From positions 16,557-80,556 of the forward strand of contig CACPOY010000003.1 in NCBI GenBank assembly GCA_902635685.1: DNA of 64,000 nt, in the 5' to 3' direction. The DNA comes from an uncultured Pelagibacteraceae bacterium (GTDB lineage Bacteria; Pseudomonadota; Alphaproteobacteria; Pelagibacterales; Pelagibacteraceae). Positions within the stretch are counted from its first letter, which is position 1, and every line of letters starts with the position of its first letter. Below are positions 9,494 through 18,643 of the stretch, in pieces. The notes below the pieces were generated by a model, which made no database searches, had not been told where the DNA came from, and saw only the letters and a list, made by a program, of their open reading frames with translations. A program made the translations under genes and the position numbers.

Positions 9494-9811
9494 ATGAAAG
9501 CATATATAATGGGAAATTACACTGAAAAAGCTTTTCAAGGATTTTTAAAAGATCCAACGAGTGATAGAAAAGCAGTTGTAGAACAGTTAACAAAAGCTAT
9601 GGGTGGAACAATGCACAGCATGGATATTGTAAGAGGCTCTTATGATTTTGTAGTTGTTACTGATGTTCCAAGCTTTGATGATTTTGCTGCAATCAAATTA
9701 GTCGTTGAAGCGTCAGGTGCTGTGAAAAACTTGACAATACTTGAAGCAATTGATTTTACGAAAGCTACAACTAAAGCAAGTAAAATCGGTTACAAAGCAC
9801 CAGGTCAATAA
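9494..9811 (+). CDS. GYD domain protein
   Basis: YT......L.....DR....EQL....GG......GSYDFVV pattern; AAGGAG SD. Confidence 0.8.
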   Translation: MKAYIMGNYTEKAFQGFLKDPTSDRKAVVEQLTKAMGGTMHSMDIVRGSYDFVVVTDVPSFDDFAAIKLVVEASGAVKNLTILEAIDFTKATTKASKIGYKAPGQ

Positions 9812-9818
9812 TTTTTGG

Positions 9819-9849
9819 TATAACTTCCAGTTGCGGACTGGAAGTTATA
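9819..9849. terminator. bidirectional intrinsic terminator between convergent genes
   Basis: Perfect 13-bp inverted repeat TATAACTTCCAGT-tgcgg-ACTGGAAGTTATA between two stop codons; T-rich downstream on the + strand. Confidence 0.75.
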
Positions 9850-10323
9850 TTAATTTTTTTTTAGTTTTGAGGAAAATTTAAGATTGTCATTTGTAAATTT
9901 TGAAGAATTCTCTTTAATATAGTCGTCCATAATCTTTACCTTTTCGTCTTCAAATTCAGATACTTTTCTATTATTTAAATCAACGTAAAGAGCTAAAACT
10001 TCTATAGTTGATGCAAGAAACTTTTTTTCTTTATGAACCATCTCCATTTTATATTGTAGTCTTTTCTTGTCATGGTCAAAGTAAACTAAATTAACGTCTA
10101 CCTCATCACCAAGTTTGAGTTCTTGATTATAGGTGATATTTGATTCAACGATCATAGTACTTTTGCCTGTTGTTTTTGCTGAGTGTTCTCCCATTTTAAA
10201 TATACTATTTAAAGTATCAGCACCGTATTTATCAAAAATCAGTAGATAATAAGATACATTCATATGATCATTATAATCTATCCATTCTTTAATTATTTTT
10301 TGCGAACTTAAATAAACTGACAT
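9850..10323 (-). CDS. 4HBT-family thioesterase, resembling carnitine-pathway CdhB / carnitine dehydrogenase C-terminal domain
   Basis: EWIDYNDHMN..YY..IFD motif; VE..I.Y.QEL..G; D.KRL; L.VDL..RK. Confidence 0.8.
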   Translation of the reverse strand: MSVYLSSQKIIKEWIDYNDHMNVSYYLLIFDKYGADTLNSIFKMGEHSAKTTGKSTMIVESNITYNQELKLGDEVDVNLVYFDHDKKRLQYKMEMVHKEKKFLASTIEVLALYVDLNNRKVSEFEDEKVKIMDDYIKENSSKFTNDNLKFSSKLKKN

Positions 10324-10340
10324 TTTGAGTTGAGAAATAA

Positions 10341-10694
10341 TTAATTTTTTTTAGTTTCGTTGTCTACAACTAAACAAATTTCAGATTTTGTTAAAAACCT
10401 TTTTCCAGTGCCATTATCCAAAGAAAACATTCCTCCAATACCTTTAACAGCATCAATGGTTAAATCCGTATGTTTCCATTTTTCATATTGGTCATCATTC
10501 ATATAAAACGGAACCCCACCAATTTCACCTAATTTTACATCGCTATTTCCGACCATGTACTCATTTCTAGGATAGCACATTGGGGCACTACCATCACAGC
10601 ATCCACCAGACTGGTGAAATAAAAGTTCATCGCCATGCTGAGCTTTAAGCTCCTCAATAAGTTTAAGTGCTGAGTCTGTAGCTTTTACTTTCAT
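10341..10694 (-). CDS. DUF779 family protein
   Basis: V.AT..AL.LI..L...HG...FHQSGGCCDGSAPMCYP; usually follows AldB-type ALDH; start set to MKVKAT at 10694. Confidence 0.9.
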   Translation of the reverse strand: MKVKATDSALKLIEELKAQHGDELLFHQSGGCCDGSAPMCYPRNEYMVGNSDVKLGEIGGVPFYMNDDQYEKWKHTDLTIDAVKGIGGMFSLDNGTGKRFLTKSEICLVVDNETKKN

Positions 10695-10727
10695 AAAAAA
10701 TATGGCCCGTGATTCCTCACGGGCCAT
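10695..10727 (-). terminator. intrinsic terminator after aldB
   Basis: 11-bp GC-rich stem ATGGCCCGTGA-ttcc-TCACGGGCCAT (10702-10727), followed on the minus strand by A then T6. Confidence 0.75.
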
Positions 10728-10744
10728 TATATATTAGTTATCTT

Positions 10745-12289
10745 TTAAAAGAAGCCTAATTTTTTCTCACTGTAAGACACGTGTAGATTTTTCACTTGCC
10801 TATAATGATTTAGCATCATTTTGTGAGTTTCTCTTCCAATACCTGATTGTTTGTAGCCACCGAATGCAGCATGTGCAGGATATGCATGATAACAGTTTGT
10901 CCAAACTCTACCAGCTTGTATCTCTCTACCCATTCTGTATGCGATATTACCATTTCTAGTCCAAACACCCGCTCCTAAACCATAAAGAGTGTCATTAGCA
11001 ATTTTTAATGCTTCTGCCTCATCTTTAAATTTAGTTACTGATACCACTGGTCCGAAAATTTCCTCTTGGAAGATTCGCATTGAATTATTACCCTCAAAAA
11101 TAGTAGGCTCAATATAGTTTCCTTTTTCTAAACCACTATTTATTTTAGCAACATTTCCACCACATAGAACTTTGGCACCTTCTTTCTTACCTAAATCAAG
11201 ATAAGATTTAATTTTTTCCATTTGTTCTAATGATGCTTGTGCTCCAATCATTGTTTCCATTTTCAAAGGATTGTCTTGTTTAACAGCTTTTGTTCTAGCA
11301 ATAGCCTTTTCCATGAATTTATCATAAATAGACTCTTGAACTAGCACTCTGCTTGGACAAGTACAAACTTCACCTTGGTTTAAAGTAAACATCGCAAAAC
11401 CTTCTAAACATTTGTCAAAGAAATCGTCATCTTTTGCCATGACATCCTCAAAGAAAATGTTTGGAGATTTTCCACCTAATTCCAAAGTAATTGGTATTAA
11501 GTTTTGAGATGCGTATTGCATAATCAATCTACCAGTTGTTGTCTCACCAGTAAAAGCAATCTTTTTGATTCTTTTTGATGATGCTAGAGGTTTTCCAGCT
11601 TCTAAGCCAAAACCACTTACAACGTTCACTACTCCTGGAGGTAATAAATCTCCAATTAGTTCCATAAGTAACATGATTGATGCTGGAGTTTGCTCAGCTG
11701 GTTTTAGTACAACACAGTTTCCTGCAGCTAAAGCTGGTGCAAGTTTCCAAGTTGCCATTAATAATGGAAAGTTCCAAGGTATAATCTGTCCAACCACACC
11801 TAGCGGCTCAGGAATGTGATAAGAATATTCACTATTGCTTATCTCGGCAACTGAACCTTCTTCAGCTCTAATTACCCCGGCAAAATATCTCCAATGATCT
11901 ATTACTAGTGGTAAATCAGCAGCCATACATTCTCTAATTGGCTTACCATTGTCTAAACACTCTGCAGTCGCTAATAAATTGAGATTTTTCTCAATTACAT
12001 CAGCTATTTTAAGAAGAATGTTTGATCTTTCCGTAATTGAAGTTTTGCCCCAAGTTGGGAAAGCTGCGTGAGCTGCGTCCAATGCAGCATCTACGTCTTT
12101 TTCATTTGATCGTGCAACTGAACAGATCACCTCATTTGAAATCGGAGAAGTATTATCAAAATACTTACCAGATTTTGGTTCCACAAACTTACCGTTTATG
12201 TAGTTTCCGTATTTAGCCTTAAACGGAAATTTTACTTTCAAATGAGAAGTATCTAATACAGATGACACTTTCATTGCTTCTGCACTCAT
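10745..12289 (-). CDS. aldB: acetaldehyde dehydrogenase, AldB/ExaC type; possibly extended N-terminally to 12485
   Basis: [89 protein letters not shown]; AGAGGAG SD upstream. Confidence 0.95.
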   Translation of the reverse strand: MSAEAMKVSSVLDTSHLKVKFPFKAKYGNYINGKFVEPKSGKYFDNTSPISNEVICSVARSNEKDVDAALDAAHAAFPTWGKTSITERSNILLKIADVIEKNLNLLATAECLDNGKPIRECMAADLPLVIDHWRYFAGVIRAEEGSVAEISNSEYSYHIPEPLGVVGQIIPWNFPLLMATWKLAPALAAGNCVVLKPAEQTPASIMLLMELIGDLLPPGVVNVVSGFGLEAGKPLASSKRIKKIAFTGETTTGRLIMQYASQNLIPITLELGGKSPNIFFEDVMAKDDDFFDKCLEGFAMFTLNQGEVCTCPSRVLVQESIYDKFMEKAIARTKAVKQDNPLKMETMIGAQASLEQMEKIKSYLDLGKKEGAKVLCGGNVAKINSGLEKGNYIEPTIFEGNNSMRIFQEEIFGPVVSVTKFKDEAEALKIANDTLYGLGAGVWTRNGNIAYRMGREIQAGRVWTNCYHAYPAHAAFGGYKQSGIGRETHKMMLNHYRQVKNLHVSYSEKKLGFF

Positions 12290-12326
12290 TTTTTTTACTC
12301 CTCTTGTTTTTTTTATTGTTCTTAGC

Positions 12327-12485
12327 TTATGTTTTTTTTCTAGACTTTTTAGAACGCTTCTTAGTCGCAGACTTTTTTGTCACAACTTTTTTTTTCGTTT
12401 TTATATTTTTTCTAGAAAATTTGACCAATTTAGATTTTCTTTTTTTGGTCGTTAGTTTTGCTATTTTTTTTCTCCTAATAGCCAT
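12327..12485 (-). CDS. 52-aa Lys/Arg-rich ORF (histone H1-like composition), or the frameshifted N-terminus of AldB
   Basis: Hand-translated: [52 protein letters not shown]; 27 of 52 residues K/R, no D/E; below the ORF-track cutoff. Confidence 0.6.
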   Translation of the reverse strand: MAIRRKKIAKLTTKKRKSKLVKFSRKNIKTKKKVVTKKSATKKRSKKSRKKT

Positions 12486-12618
12486 TAGCTATTAAACTCG
12501 AAAAAACAGCCAGTTGCTATTTTTATAATTCTTAATTTTCTACTTATGATTGTACAATAACTACATATTGTGGTTAATAAAAAGATCTTTAATATTTTCT
12601 AGAGTGCAAAAAATAAAA

Positions 12619-13334
12619 ATGATTATCAATTTTATATTAAAAAAATTAATAAGACTAAAGAACAGTTCCAAAGTTTTAAAATTTTTTTACTATTATCATT
12701 ATCTATTTCATGACAAAAAAACTGGGTGATATAGGATTTGATTTTACTAAGAAAAAATCAAGACTTGATATAGTCCAAAATATAATAAAAAAAAAAGAGT
12801 ATAAGAAATATCTTGAGATTGGATGTTTTGATGACGAATTATTTAATTATATAAATTGTGAAAAAAAGGTTGGTGTTGATCCAGTATCTGGTGGAACAAT
12901 AAGAAAGACAAGCGATCAATTTTTTTCTAGCAATAAAGAATATTTTGATTGTATCTTTATTGATGGGCTTCATGAATATAAACAGGTTAGAAAAGATATT
13001 ATAAATTCTCTTAAATTTCTTAATAAAGGTGGAATAATTTTACTGCACGATTGTTTGCCGAAACAATTATTTTGAACAAGCTGTTCCCAGGTGTCAATGG
13101 ACTTGGAATGGAGATGTGTGGAAAGCAATTGTTGAGTCAAGAAAATCAAAAGATATTGATGTTTATACCTGCTACGCTGATTTTGGTATTGGAGTAATAA
13201 TGAAAAGACCTAATCGTAATTTACTTGAATTTTCTAATCAGGATACAAAATCTTTAAAATTTGAGGATTATTTTCATAATCATAAAAATTTGATGAATAT
13301 AATTGAATACGAAAAATTAATAGAAATAATTTAA
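12619..13334 (+). CDS. class I SAM-dependent methyltransferase (Methyltransf_24-like); two apparent +1 frameshifts
   Basis: YLEIGC, GVDP, TSD.FF, FD.IFIDGLH.Y.QV..D, GGIILLHDC. Removing one A at 13061-13063 joins the two track ORFs (PNNYFEQAVPRCQWTWNGDVWK). Removing one A at 12715-12721 adds an N-terminus from ATG 12619. Confidence 0.75.
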
Positions 13335-13343
13335 ATTTCATTT

Positions 13344-14252
13344 ATGGACATAAATTTTTTCAAAAAAGTAAGAATATTAGATGGTGGTATGGGCCAAGAA
13401 CTTTTGGCTAGGGGAATGAAACCACAAGGAACTTTGTGGAGTGCTACTGCGATATTGAACGAAAAATATCACAAACTACTTTATGATACCCATGTTGATT
13501 ATATCAAGGCTGGTGCAGAAGTAATAGTAACTACAACATTTGCATCTAGAAAAATTAGACTTAGAGAAAATAAAGTTGAAGACAAATTTGAATATATAAA
13601 TAAAAAAGCAGGAGAATTAGCAAAAAAAACAAAAGAAATATATCCAGATGTTCTTATCGCTGGAGGTTTACCTCCCCAAAATTTAACTTACAAAGAAGAT
13701 GATAGGTCAGGTGATGAGATAAGTCAGGACTTTTATGATCATGCTAAGTTATTAAATCCTTATAGTGATTTTTTCTATCTAGATGTAATTAGCAGTGTCA
13801 GAGAACTTGAATTAGCAATCAAAAGTATTCTCGAATTCAAAAAACCATATCTTATTGGGGCGCATATATCTCAAGGTAAAACTATGCCCAGTGGAGAAAA
13901 AATTTCTGATATTATGAGAAATAAAAAAAATGAGAATTTACTGGGATTAATACTTTCATGTGTCTCTCCAGAAAATTTTCAATTAAACTCAGACGAATTA
14001 AAAAATTTAGGTATACCTTTTGGTTTTAAATTAAATTCTTTCATAAAAACAAATCCATTTCCTAATCTTGATGAGCAAGATAAAAATAATAAATCTGTTG
14101 ATCCAAAAGAATTTTTAGGCATAAGAAATGATTTAACTCCAAAAAAAATGGCAGAATTTGTTAAAAAATTTAAAGATAGTGGGGCAACTATACTTGGAGG
14201 TTGTTGCGAAACCAGTCCTGCTCATATAAAAGAGATATCAAAATTAGTCTGA
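13344..14252 (+). CDS. homocysteine S-methyltransferase family protein
   Basis: ILDGGMGQEL, LWSA, H.DYI.AGA.VI.T, Zn-ligand motifs SCVSPE and GGCCE. Confidence 0.9.
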   Translation: MDINFFKKVRILDGGMGQELLARGMKPQGTLWSATAILNEKYHKLLYDTHVDYIKAGAEVIVTTTFASRKIRLRENKVEDKFEYINKKAGELAKKTKEIYPDVLIAGGLPPQNLTYKEDDRSGDEISQDFYDHAKLLNPYSDFFYLDVISSVRELELAIKSILEFKKPYLIGAHISQGKTMPSGEKISDIMRNKKNENLLGLILSCVSPENFQLNSDELKNLGIPFGFKLNSFIKTNPFPNLDEQDKNNKSVDPKEFLGIRNDLTPKKMAEFVKKFKDSGATILGGCCETSPAHIKEISKLV

Positions 14253-14277
14253 CTAAGTTTAATATTTAAAAATATAA

Positions 14278-15177
14278 ATGAAAGATATTACAGTTGTTGT
14301 TCTGACCTTTAACACATCTGAAAATATTATTTTAGATTGTTTGTCATCAATTGATAAAGATATAAAAATACTTATTGTTGAAAATTCAAATAAATTTATT
14401 CACCAAGAAAAAATCTTATCAAAATTTAATAATGTTAGTATTAAATGCACAGGTAAAAATTTAGGTTACGGTGGTGGCAATAATTTTGGAATAGCGGAAG
14501 CCAATACAGATTATATCTTAATCTTAAATCCAGACGTTATTTGTAGCGAAGATTTTTTTTCTAATATTAGGAGTGTAATTGAAGAAAATAATAATTTTTC
14601 AGTTATTGGTTGCCAATATTTACATGATAAAATTTTTATGCCGGCTGGCTTTTTTGATAAAAAAAAAAACGAAAAATTCGTGAAAAATTTTCGTAATGGT
14701 AAAATAGATGATCTTTCTGAAGTTGATTGGGTCACTGGTTGTTCAATGCTTTTGAACAATAAAAAGTTTAAAGATAAAAAAATTTTTGATGAAAATTACT
14801 TCCTGTATTTTGAAGAATTTGATTTATGTAAATCATTATTAGATAAAGGAGAAAAAATTTTTACTTCAAAAAAACTTAGAATTCATCACCTGGGATTTAA
14901 AAGTTCATTAGATAATAACTCTACTTACAAGAATAATATAAATCATGTGAGAGAGTGGCACTGGATGTGGTCATCGTTTTATTTTTATAAAAAGAATTTT
15001 AATTATCTTTATGCTCTAAGAAAAACAGTTGGAAAATTAATTTCATCTTTTTTCAAAATTTTGTTTTATTCCTTAACACTTAATAAAATTGAAAAAGAAA
15101 AATACAAATATAGATTTTTAGGTATTTACAACGCAATTTTAAATAAACCCTCAAGTTTTAGGGTTAGTAATGATTAA
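14278..15177 (+). CDS. glycosyltransferase family 2
   Basis: NLGYGGGNNFG, LILNPD, VDWVTGC.ML, FDENYFLYFEE.DLC. Confidence 0.9.
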   Translation: MKDITVVVLTFNTSENIILDCLSSIDKDIKILIVENSNKFIHQEKILSKFNNVSIKCTGKNLGYGGGNNFGIAEANTDYILILNPDVICSEDFFSNIRSVIEENNNFSVIGCQYLHDKIFMPAGFFDKKKNEKFVKNFRNGKIDDLSEVDWVTGCSMLLNNKKFKDKKIFDENYFLYFEEFDLCKSLLDKGEKIFTSKKLRIHHLGFKSSLDNNSTYKNNINHVREWHWMWSSFYFYKKNFNYLYALRKTVGKLISSFFKILFYSLTLNKIEKEKYKYRFLGIYNAILNKPSSFRVSND

Positions 15178-15180
15178 TTT

Positions 15181-16053
15181 TTACTTCGCCTTTTTTACAA
15201 AGTAAATTCCAACAACAACTGCAACTAATGAAATAAATACTTTAATTGTTATTATTTCTTTTAAAAAGATGTAACTAAGTATTGTTCCAAATATCGGTAT
15301 CAAATATGAAACTTGAGATTGAAAAATTAAACCATTTTTTACTAAAATTTTAAATCTTAAAAGCCAAGCAATACCTGTTGAGACTAAGCCTAGATAAATT
15401 ACTGAAATTGTTGAGTCTAACCTCGGCTTTATATACCAGGGCTGCTCGATAAAAGCGACTAAAGGAATTAAGATAATCGTTGCCCAAATTAAAATAGAGC
15501 CTGTTACATTTTCATTTTTCTTTTTACTTATCTTCAATGTTAAAACTCCACCAATTACATAACAAGTTGAACCTAGCAAAATTAATAAAGCTGAAAAAAA
15601 GTTATTCTCGTCTATCAATAAATTATCTGAAAATAAAAATACAATACCAGAAAAACCTATCAATATCCCTATAGTTTTAACAAAATTAAATTTTTCGTTT
15701 TTCAGATATAAATGACCGAGAACTGTTGAACTAAGAGGAGTTGTAGACATTAAGATAGCAGCTAGATTGCTCTGTACAGATTTAACACCATAAGCAATCA
15801 AAAAAAAAGGAGCTACTAAATTTATAAAACCAATCATTGCAAACCAATGCCAATCATTTGAAAAAGCCTCAATCTTTATATTTTTAAAATAACAAAGTAA
15901 TAATACAGGTATTGCTCCAAAGAATACTCTAAGGAAAGCAATAGTGACCGGACCGAAAGAGTATGTTGCAATTTTAATATTAAAAAAAGCGGATGCCCAA
16001 ATTAATGCTAAAATAGTAAGTAAAAAATAATCAAATAATGATGGTTGTTTCAT
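15181..16053 (-). CDS. DMT/EamA family transporter
   Basis: 10 TM segments with duplicated EamA pattern (LALIW..F, AAIL..TTPL, YLIP.FG). Confidence 0.9.
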   Translation of the reverse strand: MKQPSLFDYFLLTILALIWASAFFNIKIATYSFGPVTIAFLRVFFGAIPVLLLCYFKNIKIEAFSNDWHWFAMIGFINLVAPFFLIAYGVKSVQSNLAAILMSTTPLSSTVLGHLYLKNEKFNFVKTIGILIGFSGIVFLFSDNLLIDENNFFSALLILLGSTCYVIGGVLTLKISKKKNENVTGSILIWATIILIPLVAFIEQPWYIKPRLDSTISVIYLGLVSTGIAWLLRFKILVKNGLIFQSQVSYLIPIFGTILSYIFLKEIITIKVFISLVAVVVGIYFVKKAK

Positions 16054-16529
16054 TGAGTTATATCTTTAATAAATCCATTGGTTATTTTCTGTAAATCATC
16101 AAAATTAGTTTTAAATACACAATTTGGATGTCCGGCAGCGGCATATAAATTTTCAAATCTAGCCAACGAATGATCTATAAATATTTCTATTTTATTTAAA
16201 TGACCAACAGGTGAAACGCCTCCTATTGTATAACCCGTAATATTTTTTACGTCATCAGGTGAAGCCATTGAGGCATCCTTTATATTTAGAGTTTTTTTAA
16301 TTTTATTTAATGAAGCTTTTTTGTCTCCAGAAACTAAAAATAAAGTGAAAGTATTCTCTGTTTTAAAAAGTAAACTCTTCACTATCGCCCCAACCTTGCA
16401 ACCCAAAGAGGAGGCTGCCTCAATTGCAGTTTTGGCTGAACTGTCTAAGACTATAACGCTCATTTCATTGTTATATTCTTTAATTGATTTCTCTGCTCTT
16501 TTGACTGGCTCCTTTTCTAATAAAGTCAT
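16050..16529 (-). CDS. YbaK/EbsC family aminoacyl-tRNA deacylase
   Basis: TA..AA..LG...GAIVKSL, TGY.IGGVSP.GH, AAAGHP. Confidence 0.9.
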   Translation of the reverse strand: MTLLEKEPVKRAEKSIKEYNNEMSVIVLDSSAKTAIEAASSLGCKVGAIVKSLLFKTENTFTLFLVSGDKKASLNKIKKTLNIKDASMASPDDVKNITGYTIGGVSPVGHLNKIEIFIDHSLARFENLYAAAGHPNCVFKTNFDDLQKITNGFIKDITQ

Positions 16530-16670
16530 TATTCAACTTCTAATTGTTAGTTATTTTAAAAAAATAGTATTACACTCATGTTAAAATTGCATAGGTGTTA
16601 TTAAGTAAAAGTGCATTATGTAGCAAGCTTTTTTTGGTAATACAACGATCTGAATTATAAAGGAGAGAAA

Positions 16671-18079
16671 ATGAGTTCTGATAAGGTTTTAAAGACAATA
16701 AAAGATAAAGAGATTGAATACGTTGATCTAAGATTTACTGATCCTAGGGGTAAACTTCAGCACGTAACAATGGATGCTAAAATGGTAGATGACGACATGC
16801 TGAAAGAAGGAATTTTTTTTGATGGATCCTCTATTGCAGGTTGGAAGGCTATCAACGAGTCTGATATGATATTAAAACCGGATACATCAAGAGCAATTGT
16901 AGATCCATTTACATCGCACAATACATTAAATCTCTTTTGTGATGTATTAGATGCGATTAAAAAAGATCCTTACGAGAGAGATCCTAGAGGAACTGCAAAA
17001 AAAGGCAGAGGCTTACTTAAAAAAGCTCAGGTATTGGTGATAAAGCTTTTTTTGGTCCTGAAGCAGAATTTTTTGTATTTGACGATGTAAGATTTAAAAA
17101 TGACATGAATGAAACTGGATTTAAAATCGATAGTAAGGAAGGTCCTTACAATTCTGGAACAGAGTATCCAAATGGAAACATGGGACATAGACCAGGAATT
17201 AAAGGTGGTTATTTTCCAGTACCACCAGTTGATAGTGAACAAGATATGAGAAGTGAATACCTAAAAGCTATGAAAAGTATGGGAATTAAGGTTGAAAAGC
17301 ACCACCATGAAGTTGCGCCAAGTCAACATGAACTTGGAATGTACTTTGGAACACTTGTAGATCAAGCTGATAATTTACAACTTTATAAATACGCGGTGCA
17401 AATGGTATCACACTCTTTCGGTAAAACTGCTACTTTTATGCCTAAACCTGTCAAAGGAGATAATGGCTCTGGAATGCATGTTCACCAATCAATTTGGAAA
17501 GGAAACACAGCATTATTCTCAGGAGATAAATACGCCGGTCTATCTGATACAGCATTGCATTATATCGGTGGGATTTTAAAGCATGCAAAAGCTATTAACG
17601 CATTCTCAAATGCAACAACAAATAGTTATAAAAGACTTATACCTGGTTTTGAAGCACCTGTCCTTTTAGCTTATTCAGCTCGAAACAGATCTGCTTCTTG
17701 TAGAATTCCTATTACTTTAAGCAAAAAAGCTGCAAGATGTGAAATTAGATTTGGTGATGCAGCTGGAAATCCTTATTTAACATTTGCGTCAATGTTAATG
17801 GCTGGTTTAGATGGTATTAAAAATAAAATAGATCCAGGTAAATCATTTGATAAAGATCTTTATGCACTCTCAGAAAAAGAGGTTAAAAAAATCCCAACTG
17901 TATGTGGATCACTTAGAGAAGCAATGGAAAGTTTAGATAAAGATAGAGACTTTTTAAAACAAGGAAATGTATTTACAGATGATCAAATAGATGCCTACAT
18001 TGCATTAAAATTTGAGGAAATACATAATTTTGAGCACACACCTCATCCTATTGAGTTTGAGATGTATTACAGTTGTTAA
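16671..18079 (+). CDS. glnA: glutamine synthetase type I; split by two apparent +1 homopolymer errors (A7 16997-17003, A6 17019-17024)
   Basis: [50 protein letters not shown]. The corrected junction reads [35 protein letters not shown]. Confidence 0.95.
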
Positions 18080-18103
18080 TTAATTTATCTAGCTCTAGCA
18101 ATT

Positions 18104-18253
18104 TTATTTTTTGCCAGAACCTCTTTTAACAATGTAGTCTTGCGTTCCGTTTGCTCCAGTTTCGACTGATTTGATAAGAGATCGTAAAAAACCTTTTCTT
18201 TTCTCTTTTCTATCTTCGTTACTTAGCAAGTTTCTAAATTCAAAGATATTCAT
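18104..18253 (-). CDS. small hypothetical protein (49 aa; 55 aa, ending 18085, if one homopolymer base is removed)
   Basis: Hand-translated: MNIFEFRNLLSNEDRKEKRKGFLRSLIKSVETGANGTQDYIVKRGSGKK*; fills the otherwise empty 230-nt gap between iscA and glnA. Confidence 0.6.
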   Translation of the reverse strand: MNIFEFRNLLSNEDRKEKRKGFLRSLIKSVETGANGTQDYIVKRGSGKK

Positions 18254-18310
18254 TGCAAGTTGATATCATATCTATGCATTTTATGCAAACCAGATATGTT
18301 CAAAATGGGA

Positions 18311-18643
18311 CTATACTTTAAATGATTCTCCGCACCCACATCGCTCTGTTTCATTTGGATTATTGAAAACAAATGTTGAGGAAAAATCCTCTTTTTTGTA
18401 ATCCATTTCTGTTCCCAAAAGATACATAACAGCAGCAGAATCAATATAAACTCGGACACCTTTATCTTCTATAACTTCGTCATTAGGATTAACCTCTTTA
18501 GAATATTCCATTACATAAGCCATACCAGCACATCCACCTGATTTTACAGACACTCTAACGCCTATAGCGTTTTTTTCTGCATTAGACATTATTTCTTTTA
18601 TTCTTGTTGCAGCACTATCACTTAATTTAATTATTTGATCCAT
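18311..18643 (-). CDS. iscA: A-type Fe-S carrier (IscA/SufA/HesB)
   Basis: GGCAG..Y, F.NPN...CGCGESF; start MDQIIK overlaps the upstream stop (TAATG). Confidence 0.9.
   Translation of the reverse strand: MDQIIKLSDSAATRIKEIMSNAEKNAIGVRVSVKSGGCAGMAYVMEYSKEVNPNDEVIEDKGVRVYIDSAAVMYLLGTEMDYKKEDFSSTFVFNNPNETERCGCGESFKV

Noticed and set aside
12262-12495. + strand 77-aa Phe/Leu-rich ORF that looks like a membrane peptide
   Set aside because: It is the antisense shadow of the Lys-rich minus-strand ORF (AAA reads as TTT) and overlaps the aldB start.
16580-16625. Possible NtrC/sigma-54 site upstream of glnA (TTGCA...GTGCA)
   Set aside because: The spacing does not fit TGCAC-N7-GTGCA and no GG-N10-GC element is convincing.
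18250-18459. Track ORF of 69 aa overlapping the 3' half of iscA on the same strand
   Set aside because: Alternative frame inside iscA with no recognisable features; the ORF starting at 18253 explains the gap better.
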